From contig OX597821.1 in the NCBI GenBank assembly GCA_951406725.2, forward strand, positions 105,090,001-105,154,000: DNA of 64,000 bases. The letters run 5' to 3'. Shown here piece after piece: positions 1 through 14,124 of this stretch; position 1 is the first letter of the stretch, and every line of letters starts with the position of its first letter. The notes beneath the pieces are model-generated. The model was not told where the DNA came from. It did not search any database and saw only the letters and a program-made list of their open reading frames with translations. The DNA comes from Octopus vulgaris. Lineage: Eukaryota. The translations under genes and the position numbers were made by a program.

Positions 1-116
1 ACTTTCCATACAATAACCATCAGAGCATCACAACAAATCACAGCACATACCCAAGGCACACAGAGCTGCGCTCGGTAGTGAAGTGAAAGCACGCTATAAA
101 AATAAAAATAAAACTA

Positions 117-120
<4 letters not shown>
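1..120 (+). mobile_element. Probable 3' end of an (AAT)n-associated non-LTR retroelement
   Basis: Non-coding stretch ending in an A-rich segment that runs into (AAT)n at 121-160, the same context as the R4/Dong remnants elsewhere in the window. Confidence 0.4.
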
Positions 121-155
<35 letters not shown>

Positions 156-160
156 TATAA

Positions 161-2609
161 TATGACAGCCTAGACAGTGGCTGGACGTGTTCTTCGCTCC
201 TCTGACCAATCAGCAGCCGAAGTCACAGAAAAACCAATACAACAGAGCAGAACAACTGAAAAATAACTCTGAAAACTAGAATATCTACAGGTTTTCTGTG
301 AGTATTTTTAATTTAGCTCAAATTAAGTGTAGAAGCTTACGTATCTATAGTTTTTGAACATACAAGCGATTAACTTTTTAAAAAATTCTAATAACTACAA
401 CTCTTGTGAATACCTAACCTGTCCTTTCTCCCTGAGTTTCCGAAAATGTAAACATCTTTTTCATTGTAAAAACACTACAGATTTCTCAGGTCGGACATAC
501 AAACGACCATCTTTAAAAAAAATTTTTAAACGGTAATATCTACAATTGAGGGAAAGAGTTGCAAAGAAAATGCTAATTGGATTAGAAGTACAGAAGGATC
601 CTACCAAATCTTACCAGATGAGGCAAGGGAAGACATCATGTTAGCAGACCTAACGATGACAGTCATGAAGGCTTATAAGTGAAAATCATCTGGTAACGAT
701 AGGGTGCCAAATTTGTCGTTAACCTCCCACCCGTGCGCACAGGAAAAGTTAGTCCAGTTACTTCAAGGAAATCATGAGAGATCCTACGAAAACCCCTCAT
801 TGGTTAGTAAGAAGTATTTCTTAAATACTCCCGAAGAATATCTAAGCCAAATTTCCGCAAAACTATCGGTCTATAACATGTCAATCTACCAACTTATGAA
901 ATTTTAAAATCCAACTTCGTGGAGAAAACACAAATTTATAGAACAAAGTAATATATTTCCCACTGAATAAAAACGATGCCCACCAATGAAATTTTAACAT
1001 CCAACTTCATGGAGAAAACATAAATATTTATAGAACAGCCGACGAGGCACATATGGATACAAAGAGCAACAATAACTTAATCGCATGATCGTTGAGAACT
1101 GTCATAACAGTCACAGAAATCTTCGTTCAGTCGGCAAGCCTGAAGAAACATTAGCACGCCGGGCGAAATGCTTAGAAGTAATTCGTCTGCCGTTATGTAC
1201 TGAGTTCAAATTCCAACGAGGTCGACTTTGCCTTTCATCCTTTCGGGGTCGATAAATTAAGTACCATTTACGCACCGGGGTCGATGTAATCCTTTGTCTG
1301 TCCTTGTTAGTGCCCTCTATGTTTAGCTCTTGTGGGCAATAAGAAATCTCAGTTGAGTACGGATTGACTATAAAAAGTCCTTCGACAGTATACGGAATTC
1401 ACGGATCTTGAAATCTCTGGATATCTTCAAAATTTCTCATGTGATTTCAAACTTCTTGAAGCACAACATGTCGATGTGGAATATGAATATCTAATTATGC
1501 CATTCTAATGGTATACTGACCACATAAATTGTTAATATCAACTGCAGCATTTTCCAAGGTGGCTGACTTCCACGTTTAATTTTCTGCATAGATCTAATAC
1601 CTCGCACAAGTGAACTCTTTAGAAAAGCATATGGATATAAAATTGGTGACAAGAAAATCATTCATCTATTTTATATGGATGATTTAAAACTCCATGGCAA
1701 GACGATAATGAGCTTGAAGAACTACTACGTAATTGAGTGTTGATATTGAGATAGAAATTGGTCTTGATATATGTGCAAAGTCCACTTTCCAGAAAGGGAA
1801 ATTGAAGACCTCATATTCAGTGGTGTTGGATGTTGACACAGCCATGAAACAACTCGTGCAGGAACAAACTTACAAATACCTCGGAATAGATGCGGGCTCT
1901 GGCATTTAGAATGCAAGTATGAAAGAGAAGATCAGGAAGGTGTGTTACAGGAGAGTTCGAGCAGTCCTAAAATCCGAGTTAAATGCAGGTAACTAGGTGT
2001 TAGCTATAAATTCCTTAGCAGTTCCGGTTGTTATTTACAGTTTCAATGTGTTGGTCTGGAATATAAACAAAATAAGGAAGGCTGACTGGAAACTCTGTAA
2101 GCTGCTGATTTGCAATAAGATGCACCACTTTAAGAAGTTCGTGGTCTGATCCAGTTGTAATCTCATACCAAACCACGGCAACGGGACTGGCAAAATAACT
2201 TTGAGACATCTAACGACTTTGAAAATCAACAACGTCATTAGAAACTTTACTCTGTTATGAATATTTCCAACTGCGTTCATGCATAAAACGCACGTTGAAT
2301 AGCATGAGTGGAGTGCAGCAACTGTAGTTGCAAAAATAGATGAAATCAATAGCAAAGCAAAATGCATTTGAACAATTGGCTGATAGGTGGGAACAAAAAC
2401 ATCTGCATGGCAAACAAGTTGTTGTAGACCAAAAACCCACACATCAGTGGCTACGGAGATCATAGCTAGACACAGAGAGTGAAGGCTTTATATTGGCTGC
2501 CCAAGATCAGAGCTTATTGACTCGGAACTATCAAGCCAATGAGATGGAAAATGTTGGAGATCAGCAGTACCGATACTGCAACGATGGCATAGAAACAGTG
2601 GACCACCAT
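161..2609 (+). mobile_element. Degenerate R4/Dong-clade (RLE-type) LINE: RT and start of zinc knuckle, many frameshifts and stops
   Basis: Motifs in order: IDYKKSFDSI (~1364), IFQG (~1549), HLFYMDDLKL (~1663-1692), TYKYLGI (~1868), KSELNAGN/LAINSLAVPVV (~1970-2030), EGFILAAQDQSLLTRNYQ, then YRYCNDGIETVDH (~2480-2606). Starts right after an (AAT)n tract. Confidence 0.85.
1123..1347 (+). mobile_element. tRNA-derived SINE (family A) nested in the R4/Dong LINE
   Basis: B box GAGTTCAAATTCC and conserved core GTCGACTTTGCCTTTCATCCTTTCGGGGTCGATAAATTAAGTACC. AGAAATCT is repeated at 1115-1122 and 1342-1349, and the LINE protein sequence resumes after the insert. Confidence 0.85.
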
Positions 2610-3075
2610 TCTCCGCCATCGTCTCCGCTGGGCAGGTCACTTCCAGCATATGGAGCCTTCTCGTCTCCCACGGCTCTACGTGGAAATTGCAATCGGAATA
2701 TGACCAAGAAGCGATTCGAAATTCCAGTCTAAAGACAGATTAAACGGACTCCGGCTCAAACTAATGTCTAGCTATCCTCATGGGAACAGATTGCAATGGA
2801 TATGACATCCTGGAGAAAGGCCATCTGCAATGCAGTCAGATCTAGCGAGCAAAACAGACAACAGTATGAGGAGGTAACACACAGGAGCAGAAAAGAGCGT
2901 CTTGAACATTCTCGATCCTCACCGACCATCCTGTGCAAATTCTGCCCACGACTCTTGCACCACCGACTTGGACTCCAAAGTCAAATTCTTCACAAACATC
3001 AGCTGAGGAAACTGGATAGAAAAAATGACGAACCCAATGCTAGGATACGAGCTGGAGTCGACGGCGTAACACCGC
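2610..3075 (+). mobile_element. 3' fragment of an RTE-clade LINE
   Basis: LRHRLRWAGHFQHMEPSRLP, then KKRF, WEQIAMDMTSWRKAI and C-terminal CKFCPRLLHHRLGLQS, a typical RTE ORF end. Confidence 0.75.
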
Positions 3076-4339
3076 CTGCACGTCGTCCATACTCTGCAAT
3101 GTTAGCCCAAAGTGGCTAACGAACAACAATTTTGGGGAGAAGAACTTTGAATACATCGTCTCCACAACTTGGCTGGTATTTAGCTGGAACCCTCCCCCAA
3201 AGGATGAAAGATAACGGCAGAATTTGAACTCCGAACACAAAGACGTTATCTTATCATGAAATATTGGACATGAATACTGGGGTGTCTGCTTACCCTGTTA
3301 AATGATGATGCATTTCTTGATTGAAACATTAAAGTAAGCTCAGAATCAGAATTTATTTCGTCTCAGACTTACAAAAATCAATAAAGCAATTTAATTATAT
3401 AAACAATTTTTCTATACATAAATAAATGTCATGTTTGGCATTTATAATGTCTTACATTGAAGTATTGTTGGGAAAACTTCATTTATGATTAATTTCAGCT
3501 ACCTATTAACAAGTTACATACCTTTTTTTTTCTTATTTCATGCCCTCGATCTAATATTCTTAGTAAATTCGAATCTTGTCTGCGCATGTGCGTATTTTAT
3601 TTTCAATATTTATTTGTTTCCCGTTTAAACTGCTTCCGAGACAAAAACACTTTCTCCTACCTTATCTCATTAAAAATGCAATTTAGGAATATATTCAGTT
3701 ATAAATGTGATGGAGATTTTATTTTTTCAGATATTGTGAAATTCGGCGTAAAATTAAATGGCTTTGAATATAGTAAATATATAATATTCAATACAAGAGA
3801 ATAGAAGTTGTATTGTCGATTGTGTTTCGGATCGCTTGCTATAAATGTTGAAAGATACGATTCGTGTATCAAAGACGCAAATATTTTAGAATTGACTTTC
3901 TACTCTTCAGTATTTCTTCACAACATATGACTGAAGCTTCAACATTTATTTTACTTGTAATCTCCCCAAGGCAACCAACTTATAAGAAATACTGTTTGAA
4001 GCTCTCATTAAATTTAAGAGCCACCTGACGATCTTAGATAAGTGTATATATATATATATATTTATTTATATATATATATGTATTATGTATATTGTCATTT
4101 TTTATTTCACAGTATTGCGTTAATGTTATCCGTTTAAACTTTGAAATATTGCAGCTAAGAAAGCGTAGCGAAATAAAGATGAATTTCAGTTTTAAAATTT
4201 TGTGAGTCATCTAAAGCTTTGTTCGTGGTTAGCTGCATTCTGTAGAGAAATGTATATACCAAATATTTCTTAGGGATATGAAATAGAATAAAAGCACAGG
4301 TTTATGTGTGATATTGCATTCAAAATATTTCTCAAAATC

Positions 4340-4392
4340 AAATGCACACACGCACTCACGCACACATACGCATACATACATATATGTATGTA

Positions 4393-4423
<31 letters not shown>

Positions 4424-4424
4424 C

Positions 4425-4492
<68 letters not shown>

Positions 4493-4495
4493 TAC
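4340..4495. repeat. (CA)n/(TA)n microsatellite
   Basis: Direct reading. Confidence 0.95.
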
Positions 4496-5654
4496 ATTTA
4501 GGTAGGTCTTGATATTGAAAGGTCTAATCTGCTTAAGTGCATGGTGGAAATTCGATAAAATGCAGTAAGTAGTGGTGCCTAGTTAATGATGTCTTAGATG
4601 TCTTGCAAACAACATATAAGACATCATATATATATTTGTGTGCGTGTGTGTGTGTGTGTGTCCTTGTGTGTATATATGTGCGCTTAAGTGCATGTAATAT
4701 GCCTGTAAATGTGAATATGTATATAGGGCTATCTATATGTATTAACAGGTTAAGAGAATTAATCTGCCTTCGTTGAAATTTACACGAAATGGAGAATGGT
4801 AATATGAATACAGTTTTGTTGTTTATCGGCAGCATTTAACCGTATTATACAAAATATTACCCACTTTCTCATAAAGGGCGTAAAATAATCCAGGATAATT
4901 GCAATTTTGCTTGAAATACAAGTGGTGTTATTGGTTTCCAATAATTGAGAATTTCATTAATCAATTTTAATGGGGTTTTGAAGTGTTATTCAATCCTCAC
5001 ATCAATTATATTTCTTTTCCATTAAGCCAGAGCATGCTTCTTCTGTCTCACCTATCCCTCGAGATGTTAGAAATAATTAATTAATTAGTGTTCAGAGTAT
5101 GATATACGCTGAAACAAGTAATTAATTCTACTTCTTTTAATACTTCAGACAAAAGGAAATGAAAGTTGATTACTAAAGGCGATGATTTCTAATTTTGCGG
5201 TAAACCTGCTTAAGGCTTTATTTTTTAGGAGTGTAGAAATATTTAAATCAGATAGGGGAATTCAAATAATACACTTAGGATCTCAATGCCTTTCAGCTAT
5301 ATAAATGTTGCAATGAATTAATACATACTGCCTATTTTACTTTCATTCCTATGAGTGCCAAAACATTACCGTGTTGATCAATTTTAGAAAACAACTTTCA
5401 GGACAAATTATTAGAGATTACTAGATGTTATAAACTACCAATTAAACAAGCTACGTATTTCTGATTTGATTTGTAGCACTTTAATTCATTACTTTCATAA
5501 TTTTGTAAACATAATATGGAAACATTTACGCGCACACAGCTGCCTATAAACAACGAATGAGTAGAAGTGCCAATACTGCTTCTACTCATCTCAAAATCGA
5601 CTCCAAAATCATAACCAACACCGTACAAGCTTGAAGGTCCGCTGGCAAAACGCC

Positions 5655-6084
5655 CCTTCTTATCTAATCTTCTCCAGTGGGGATATGATTAAAGAAGACA
5701 CTCTATTTAAGGTAGATGGGGCTCTTTGTCACACGGCTAAAATAACCAAAAATTTGTTGGCTGAGAATGATATTATAAAGCTTACATTGCTAAATCAGTC
5801 ACCAGATATTAACCCTATATGGGACATACTGGACAGGACACTCATAGAAAGAACAAGGCAGCATTTTCAAATCCAGATATTTTAAGATTACTGCATAAAA
5901 TTTGGCAAGAAATTCCATAAGAGAATATTCGTCATCTCATCTGTATCATGGCTAATAGGGACGTTGCATTGAAAAATGCAAAGGATATGTCTACTAAATA
6001 TTAAATATTCACATTATAACAATTAGTATATAATTTGAATGTACAAATTCAGGTTTAAATAAATTTCAAATTCTGCCATCTCTG
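5655..6084 (+). mobile_element. Tc1-family transposon 3' remnant with right TIR
   Basis: DGALCHTAKITK...QSPDINPI.WDILDR, then LLHKIWQEIP...KNAK..STKY*. Ends TTCTGCCATCTCTG followed by TA, matching the TIR of the 24238-25329 copy. Confidence 0.8.
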
Positions 6085-6120
6085 TATATATATAGGTGTG
6101 TATATATGTGTGTGTAGATG

Positions 6121-6538
6121 GATCTATTCGGTTTGAACGGCGGTTTTTTGTAGCGGTGTCATGTGAAATTGTCACCAATAATTATGACCCTAGTATCGAT
6201 CTATTGCATTTCAATCTGTTTTAGTGTTAGGGTTAGTGTTAGGGGTGGGGGAAGGGTATCTTTTTTCTCGAAAAATATATATAAACCCAATCTGTTTATT
6301 AAACAAGGGACATATTTATACGGCACATAATGCTTTTTTACCTCAATAGACCTCAGTGATTGGTTGAAATTGTAGAAATTGAAGAAAAAATAACAAACAT
6401 CTTACAAACTTTAGAATGTTCTCAATAAAGCCAAGAGAAAAATATGTTTTATAAACACATTCTACCAGTATACGAAATTAAAAATGTTTTAGTTACCTAG
6501 AAATTATGTTAAAAACTGCCGTTCAAACCGAAATTATC
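6121..6538. mobile_element. MITE / non-autonomous DNA transposon with ~22-28 bp TIRs
   Basis: TTCGGTTTGAACGGCGGTTTTT (6127-6148) against AAAAACTGCCGTTCAAACCGAA (6511-6532): 21/22 complementary. No ORF inside. Confidence 0.75.
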
Positions 6539-7791
6539 AGTGTAGACATATATGCGTTTGTGTGTATGTTTATATCAACATTTGTATGTATATTAGAAAA
6601 TGCATTATTACGCGTGTATTACGGAATAAATGCATTTTTTTCATTTACTTTGTAGCAAAGATAATTTCGAACATAAGTTAATATTATTTAAATGAAAGCT
6701 GAACGCATCGATCTAACAAAACACCAAAGGCCTTATTGACAGAGTCCTATTTGATTTATGTTTAAAGAATCGGGTTTTAATATATTAGGTGGCTATGTTG
6801 AGGCCCTGTTAGCAGATTAATATCTCCGATATCTAATTTCAATCTTAGAAAGACAGGCGTTTTGTTTTCACCTTTCTCCAGTCGTTAATATAAATGAATT
6901 CAAAATATTGTATGATGAAGCATCAATCATGGATATGAATAGCTGTTCCTGAACCTTAATATTTGCGTGTATGTCACTGAAAAAGGAAACTAATATGCTT
7001 TGTATCTCCTGACAGCTATGGTATATGGCAATGAGGAACTGCTGATTTATGAATGCCCTTTGTATTGCAACTCTCTCATCGATATTACACCAGAGTCGTT
7101 AATCTTTTGAATTAGGAATTCTATGTGCTTTCAAACAGCATATTCGCATCCTTCATTTCTGATGCGTCGGTTTGAAATCATTTACAAATTTTATATGCAA
7201 TATACATCACATACAACGCTTTTCGTTACTCTCAAGAGATATTTTACGATTGTTAATATTATACACAGGATAGCAAGTAATGAAATCTAGAAGTGTTATT
7301 ACCACCGACGATTGAAACAAGATGTGTAGATAAACCGTTGATCTTGTGAAGAAAATATAGGAGTTGTGAATAAAATGTATTGAATCGGAAACTGGAGTGT
7401 TATTAAGTTAATATTTCTATAAATTATAAACATTATTTGAGGGTATATTCATGCTTGAATGGATATACATATAGCAAAGATATTTGATAAACTACCTCCA
7501 GAGCATTCAACGGCGTGTTGACAAATGTTATTTATCATAATTCGGGAATACTGTGAATTTCGTTTCTAAGTAGGAAACATAAATAAAATTTTAATAATTA
7601 AAATAATACAAATATACAGGAAGCCTGGCAAACATTTCCACATAGCAACATTATTCAGGTTTCATGATATAACATTATTTATGTATATTTCGCTCTTCAT
7701 GAGACCAGGATGGGCTCCCAGTCTGATGCATTTAATTTTATATATTATCATGTCGCATTTTAACGCTGAGGTTTTTAGTTACAGATGTCAA

Positions 7792-7837
<46 letters not shown>

Positions 7838-9939
7838 TTCACATTTGCAACTCCACCGTTGGTAACAATTTCTACGGAAACATATATAGTTTAAATAATG
7901 AGATGCAGCATCCGAAAGAAACGATTTAAGATCGCGTCACCGTTCTTAAAAGCTCTCACGGTACACATTGCCGAAGCCTATACACAAAGTTGCATGAGAA
8001 CTTACATACACATACGCACACACAGATACATACATAGAGACACGTACACAACACAGACCCAATCTACGCACAAACATACAAGACACGCACTACGCACTGA
8101 GCCATACTATACACCTACATGCATACGTAGGTATACGGGTGTTGTATACCGATTTTAGAGTGTTCTACGTTAATTTTGAATTGACATCATTTGGTAAGAC
8201 CAAAATGTTTATGTTCTTCAGAGGGTCAGAATGAAGAAATCCTATATACTGTTCCTCAAGTTTTTCTAAAGCGATTGATGCTTCTATGTCACGAAAAATA
8301 TTTGCCATTCAATCGATCTGCCGCCTTCTCAAAGGAAGTAAATTTCTTTTAAACGCCTAGCTTTTATTATTGATCTTAATTTTCTGATGTTACGTCTCCA
8401 CGCTAGCGAACATGCGATCTGATAACGTTTTTCTTTACTTACGCTCATTCATTTCATTATTGCTGAGAACGTAACATGTCTTTTGGCTGTATTTAAATGT
8501 CTTTGATTATCTTATATCCCAATACTTGTACTCTTTACATTGTGGGTTGTCATTAATGAAGTGTTGCTAACTCTCACTTTTCTACATCTTAAATACGTAG
8601 GTGATGTTTGTCTTTTGTATAGCTTCTGTAATTTTTCGCACCTTTGAGTACCTGGTATGCAATTTCACTTAAGTAGTTAGTATTCTACAGAAAGAACTCT
8701 ATCATAAATTAATCATTAGGTAAAATCAGTGAAATAACCATATTGTTTCTACTGATTCTATCTCTAGGAATTCAATTGTAAAACACTTGCCAGGTATATT
8801 TCATAGTGGAATTAAAACTGAGTGTTCTTAACCATGCTTCAAGTTGCGCCCACGGCTTGAGCAGTTGTATAGATTAGACGTTTGGGGCAAGCTGTAAATT
8901 GGTTATAACAAAGTTGACAATGTACAGATCTAATGGAGCAACGATATTATATCACTTTTCTTACACGTTCAGCCACGCTTCATCAATTGACAGCACACAT
9001 GTCTTTATTGTATAGATGTGAGAATTTTAAGGAAACTATTTCTTGAAGCAGATCTGAGATGAAAGTGCATAAATGAAGTGAGGTGCAACTAAACCTACAA
9101 CACAATGCGATATTTTGATATATCAAAAAGCCATTTAACAATTCACCGAGAAGTGAGCAGCTCCGTGAATGAAAGGCCTGTTCGATTGCCAGTAACTGTC
9201 ATAGAATTACTAATATCTAACACAAAGATATATTTCTCGAAAATTTCTCCTGGACATGATATCTAAATTAACGATGTTCGTGATTTGGCCTTCAGTAATT
9301 TCTGACTTATGAAGGTGACGGATTTAACCTCCTAGGTAAGTTTATTTATCTCCATCTTTGAGATGTTTTTAGCCAGTAACTGAAATGTTCATCTAACGAT
9401 TAGATTATACTATTGCAAAGATAATCAGAGAGTTTGCCGATCATAGGGTTTGGGTCGGGGCTCATTATGTGAATGTATTAAATGCCTTATTCTTAACACC
9501 TACAGGGACAACGGTACAGAAAAACTTTTAGGTGTTACAAAATGCTATACATCCAAGTTAATGAAATTAAACTACGAAAGTATTATATATCTCAAACGCA
9601 AAATTATAACAGCTTTATCATCACTATTAGTTGCAGTTCTAAAATAATTCCACCATGTGTACAGATTCTCGAAAATCTATAAGAGTTCCCGGATATAATT
9701 CTTTGGGTGGATGAAACCTTTCATTACCAACAATTTTTAAATATTATACACAGCATAGTATCTGTAACTAATTCACAAATATGATATTTCTATCAATGCT
9801 TATAATGGTATTAATACATGTTCTTCATTTCATCACATAAACAAAGACAATACAATAGAGATTCCTGGATGGTCACAAAAAATATTACATGCTGATTTTA
9901 CCTTCCGTCATACTGAAATTACTCAGACGTACAAACATA

Positions 9940-10516
<577 letters not shown>

Positions 10517-12087
10517 AAGAATGGGAGAGAGAGAGAGAGAGAGAGGATACAGAGACAATGTGAGAGCCAGGTGTATTGAAATATATATTTCAACGACTGT
10601 TTGCATTCAATCAGATTCTGAAAAATCTGGTCTAGAATAAATGGAGGTAAATTAAATGCAATTGTAGAAATTGGATCGTTTGAAACCTTTGTATTTATTA
10701 CAAAATATTACCGACAATGACCTGAATAAATTGTGATTCTGACAGAAGCATACTTTAATCGGAGTCCGGGAGAGATTAATATGTATTTCCAGAAACTTAA
10801 GCCAGATTTTCCTTTTCATTCGTTTCTACTTACTAATCAGCACTATTGAATACTTCATATACAATTTTGACTTGCTTACATTGATGAGGGAATTGTCACT
10901 TGATGATCTTTCTGTTAAGCACTGAACAATATATTCATTTTTGCAGTTCTGAATAGATGTTAAGTAGATTAGCCTAACGGATTCTGTACATACAACAGAG
11001 AAATATATTGCAATAAAAATGGAAGCGGCGCAAAAAAAAAAAAAGTTATAATATACATAAAATTAATCCAATAGGATACGATCTAAAATATGAAATAAAT
11101 AACTTAACTTTTCCATTTTCTTCGAAATGTTCCGCAATATTTGGGGAAAGCTTTTCAAATTACAGCAATATATGTTATATTATCGTAAAAATCACCATAA
11201 TTTCAGAATATATTTATTAGAATTGACCTAGTGGCGAAATACCTGTGTCATTTGAATATGGTACGTTGCAAAGTAATTTTGGCGCCAGGATTTAATTGCG
11301 TTTCATATTTCCAGAGCCAACTCACGAATTACAGCAGAGTAGATGACAGGATAACTTGAGGTTAGTTCGTAGCGTTCTGCAATCTGGTATCAAATCTTTA
11401 CGCGCATTAATTTTGTGGCATATTATAATAGTATATAAGTTTAAAATTACTACGAGAGTCTTCGGTGCAATGGTTATTAAATTGCCCACATTGGGGCCAA
11501 GATATAGGTAAAGTACCTATTGAGGAATATAACGCCGCACTTCCTTTCTCAGAAGTCTACTGTAATCGAGCCCGTACATTGATTAATTTCTTTTAAGTTC
11601 CAATTGACGAAATATTCTAATTTAATGAATAGGATTCTAATTCATACATTTTTACTCAAAGAATATAACTAGAATATCAGAATAAAAATGCCTCCAAATG
11701 AAATTCAATAACACTTTTTAAAAGTATATTTCTTTTCTATATGATGAATACAGCGCGATGTTTATCAGACGAGAGAGACCATACCGCAATTATGTCTCAT
11801 ACGTATAACGAATTGTTATAGCACAAATGTGTACAAATTCATTCATGGTGCTCAAGCCTAGACAACCACCCACGCTATTTAATAATGAGTTTCTTTTTTT
11901 CGTTTTTTTAATTTTAAAGAGGTCTGACGTCCTGATGTGGAAAATTACATTTTGACGTTTTATGTCCTTCCAGTTATATGTACAAGAGTAATTCTTCCTA
12001 CACGGATGTAGATTCATTGGTATGGCTGCCAGACATTATTGCTCGTATGAAATCTATTGGAAAAATTAGAAAAACCCACAAACAGAG

Positions 12088-12144
<57 letters not shown>

Positions 12145-13227
12145 AGCACCATAGGGTAAAGAAATGTGCTGCAATATTAGTATGGCCGTTGTAATTATTA
12201 GTAGCATTTAGTATTAGCCCTTTGTGTTATGTGATAATAATAATAATGTAATATAAAAAATATTTTCATTGTTCCTAACTAAGGAATCAATACCTTGACA
12301 TAAACTAATAGCATTACAGCATTTTAATACCCATGAATAAATAATTAATTTCTGTTCATGTCTCACGTTATTAGAATAAATAACTAAAAATAAGAACAGC
12401 GTTGTTTGTTTCGAAGCCATTAACGTATTAATGTTAAATGAAATACAATAGCTGATTATTTTATTTTCTCATTATTTATATCAATTCGATGGCGTCGTTA
12501 TTGTCACTAAAGTAATTTTGCTTTAAAAAAATAAAACATTTCGCTCTAAATGCTCTACACAGCCAATATTATAAGAAGAATTAATTTCATACACCATTCA
12601 ATTCAATATGGTAATACTAATATCTGTATAGACAAAATAGTCTCTGCTGTGCTTTTGTTTCATTTTGCTGTTCATATCCTGTCATGCTCTGTCTGTTTAT
12701 GCTTTTTACAGATGGAGAAGTGAACCAGCTGTTTCAATACGTCTATCAACAAAGTGGTATACATTTTCGCAACGTGTTTCATCATATTATTTTATGCTCC
12801 ACTTAAACGCCTCTGTATCAAATACTAGCTGTATATTTCATCTGTTATATTTCATCACTTTTTGGCTAAAACTGAGGTAGAGGACACACTGTCAGAATGA
12901 CATCTCTGATTTAATTCCTTGAAGTGTAATATCCTTCTCGACATTAGTGGGGGTTAAATTTTAACTTGCACATGGCTCATTGCAGGTGCACATTCGTAAC
13001 TTAATAAATTAACAGGCGGAAGAAACATTTGTCATTTGTATAATATCTATTTTCATATATCAAACGCGCACATTTTTATTCACATATTTCAATCAATTTC
13101 CAAATTATCGTTTTTGATGTCTACTTTGTCTCTATTTTGCACCCTTGTTTCTCGGTATGCTTCCCTTTAGATGCTTGCAAATCGCAGATATTTGCATATT
13201 TGATGTTCTGTATTCATTTAAATACTT

Positions 13228-13438
13228 ATGGAGAGAATTCAAACACACACAAAAAGACGAAGACAAGTGGTGTAGACAACAAACAGATGTATTAGTATAA
13301 CGCTCGGGAAGTGAAAATTGTCCTTAACGTTTCGAGCCTACGCTCATCAACAGAAAGGAACACAGAAAGAAAAAAGGAGAGCAAATGAAGAATGTGTAGT
13401 GGCTAGCGATCTATCATGGCGAATGCCGGACAGATAAA
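13228..13438 (-). mobile_element. Penelope-like element terminal repeat (pLTR) fragment with variant hammerhead
   Basis: The minus strand reads CTTT CTGTTGA T GAGC GTAG GCTC GAAAC GTT AAGG. A homologous decayed copy lies at 15390-15530, and shorter related ends at ~20880-20964 and ~32783-32860. Confidence 0.6.
13322..13357 (-). ncRNA. Minimal type I hammerhead-like motif with CUGUUGA (A6U) core
   Basis: Stem I CUUU/AAGG, stem II GAGC/GCUC, GAAA, palindromic ACGU stem III, GUU cleavage triplet. Confidence 0.5.
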
Positions 13439-13526
13439 TACTTATGGACACGGACACAAACACGCACACAAATACGAATACACACATCCGTACATTTATA
13501 CATATATACATGTATATATACATATA

Positions 13527-13564
<38 letters not shown>

Positions 13565-13584
13565 AAGATATCTCTCTCTCTCTC

Positions 13585-13615
<31 letters not shown>

Positions 13616-13619
13616 GTGA

Positions 13620-13680
13620 ATGGCGGTGCCCCAGCATGGCCACAGCTCGTGGGCTCAAACTAGACAAAATGAAAAAAAAA
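13620..13680 (+). mobile_element. SINE 3' tail fragment (family C)
   Basis: GGCGGTGCCCCAGCATGGCCACAG plus A-rich tail; complementary copies at ~38440 and ~41700. Confidence 0.55.
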
Positions 13681-14124
13681 TGAATATATATATACATATA
13701 TATATATATACACTCACGCACACATATCTGCATAACGCATATATCAAATGAGTTGCCCATACGTATTTATATGCTTCCATGAATTTTCTGTCCATTTGAA
13801 TGGGTATAATTAGACTTCGAAGAACACATATACGGTTACAATCAAGCATACATAGTTAATAACAAATATTCATTGAAATACTCTGCTGATGATCAGAGGA
13901 ATGTCTTTAGTTACACAAGACCGAGAATGTCGCTACATTTGTACATTTGAATCATAATGATTCGAATATCTTTCCAGCTCTAAATCAATATATATTATGA
14001 ATACACGAGCATTTCATCTTCATCCCAGATGATTTGGCATCCAGTCGTGTATAATTTGCCGATCGAATCTGTGGATTATCTCGAATCTATTGGGAAATCA
14101 CGCGTAAGACGACAGCATGGAAAT

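Noticed and set aside
6221-6251. Telomere or chromosome fusion scar
   Set aside because: Only four hexamers, and they lie inside a TIR element.
8150-9300. Faint RT-like traces (EYKY.G on minus, FDISK on plus)
   Set aside because: The motifs are isolated, need frameshifts and lie on opposite strands.
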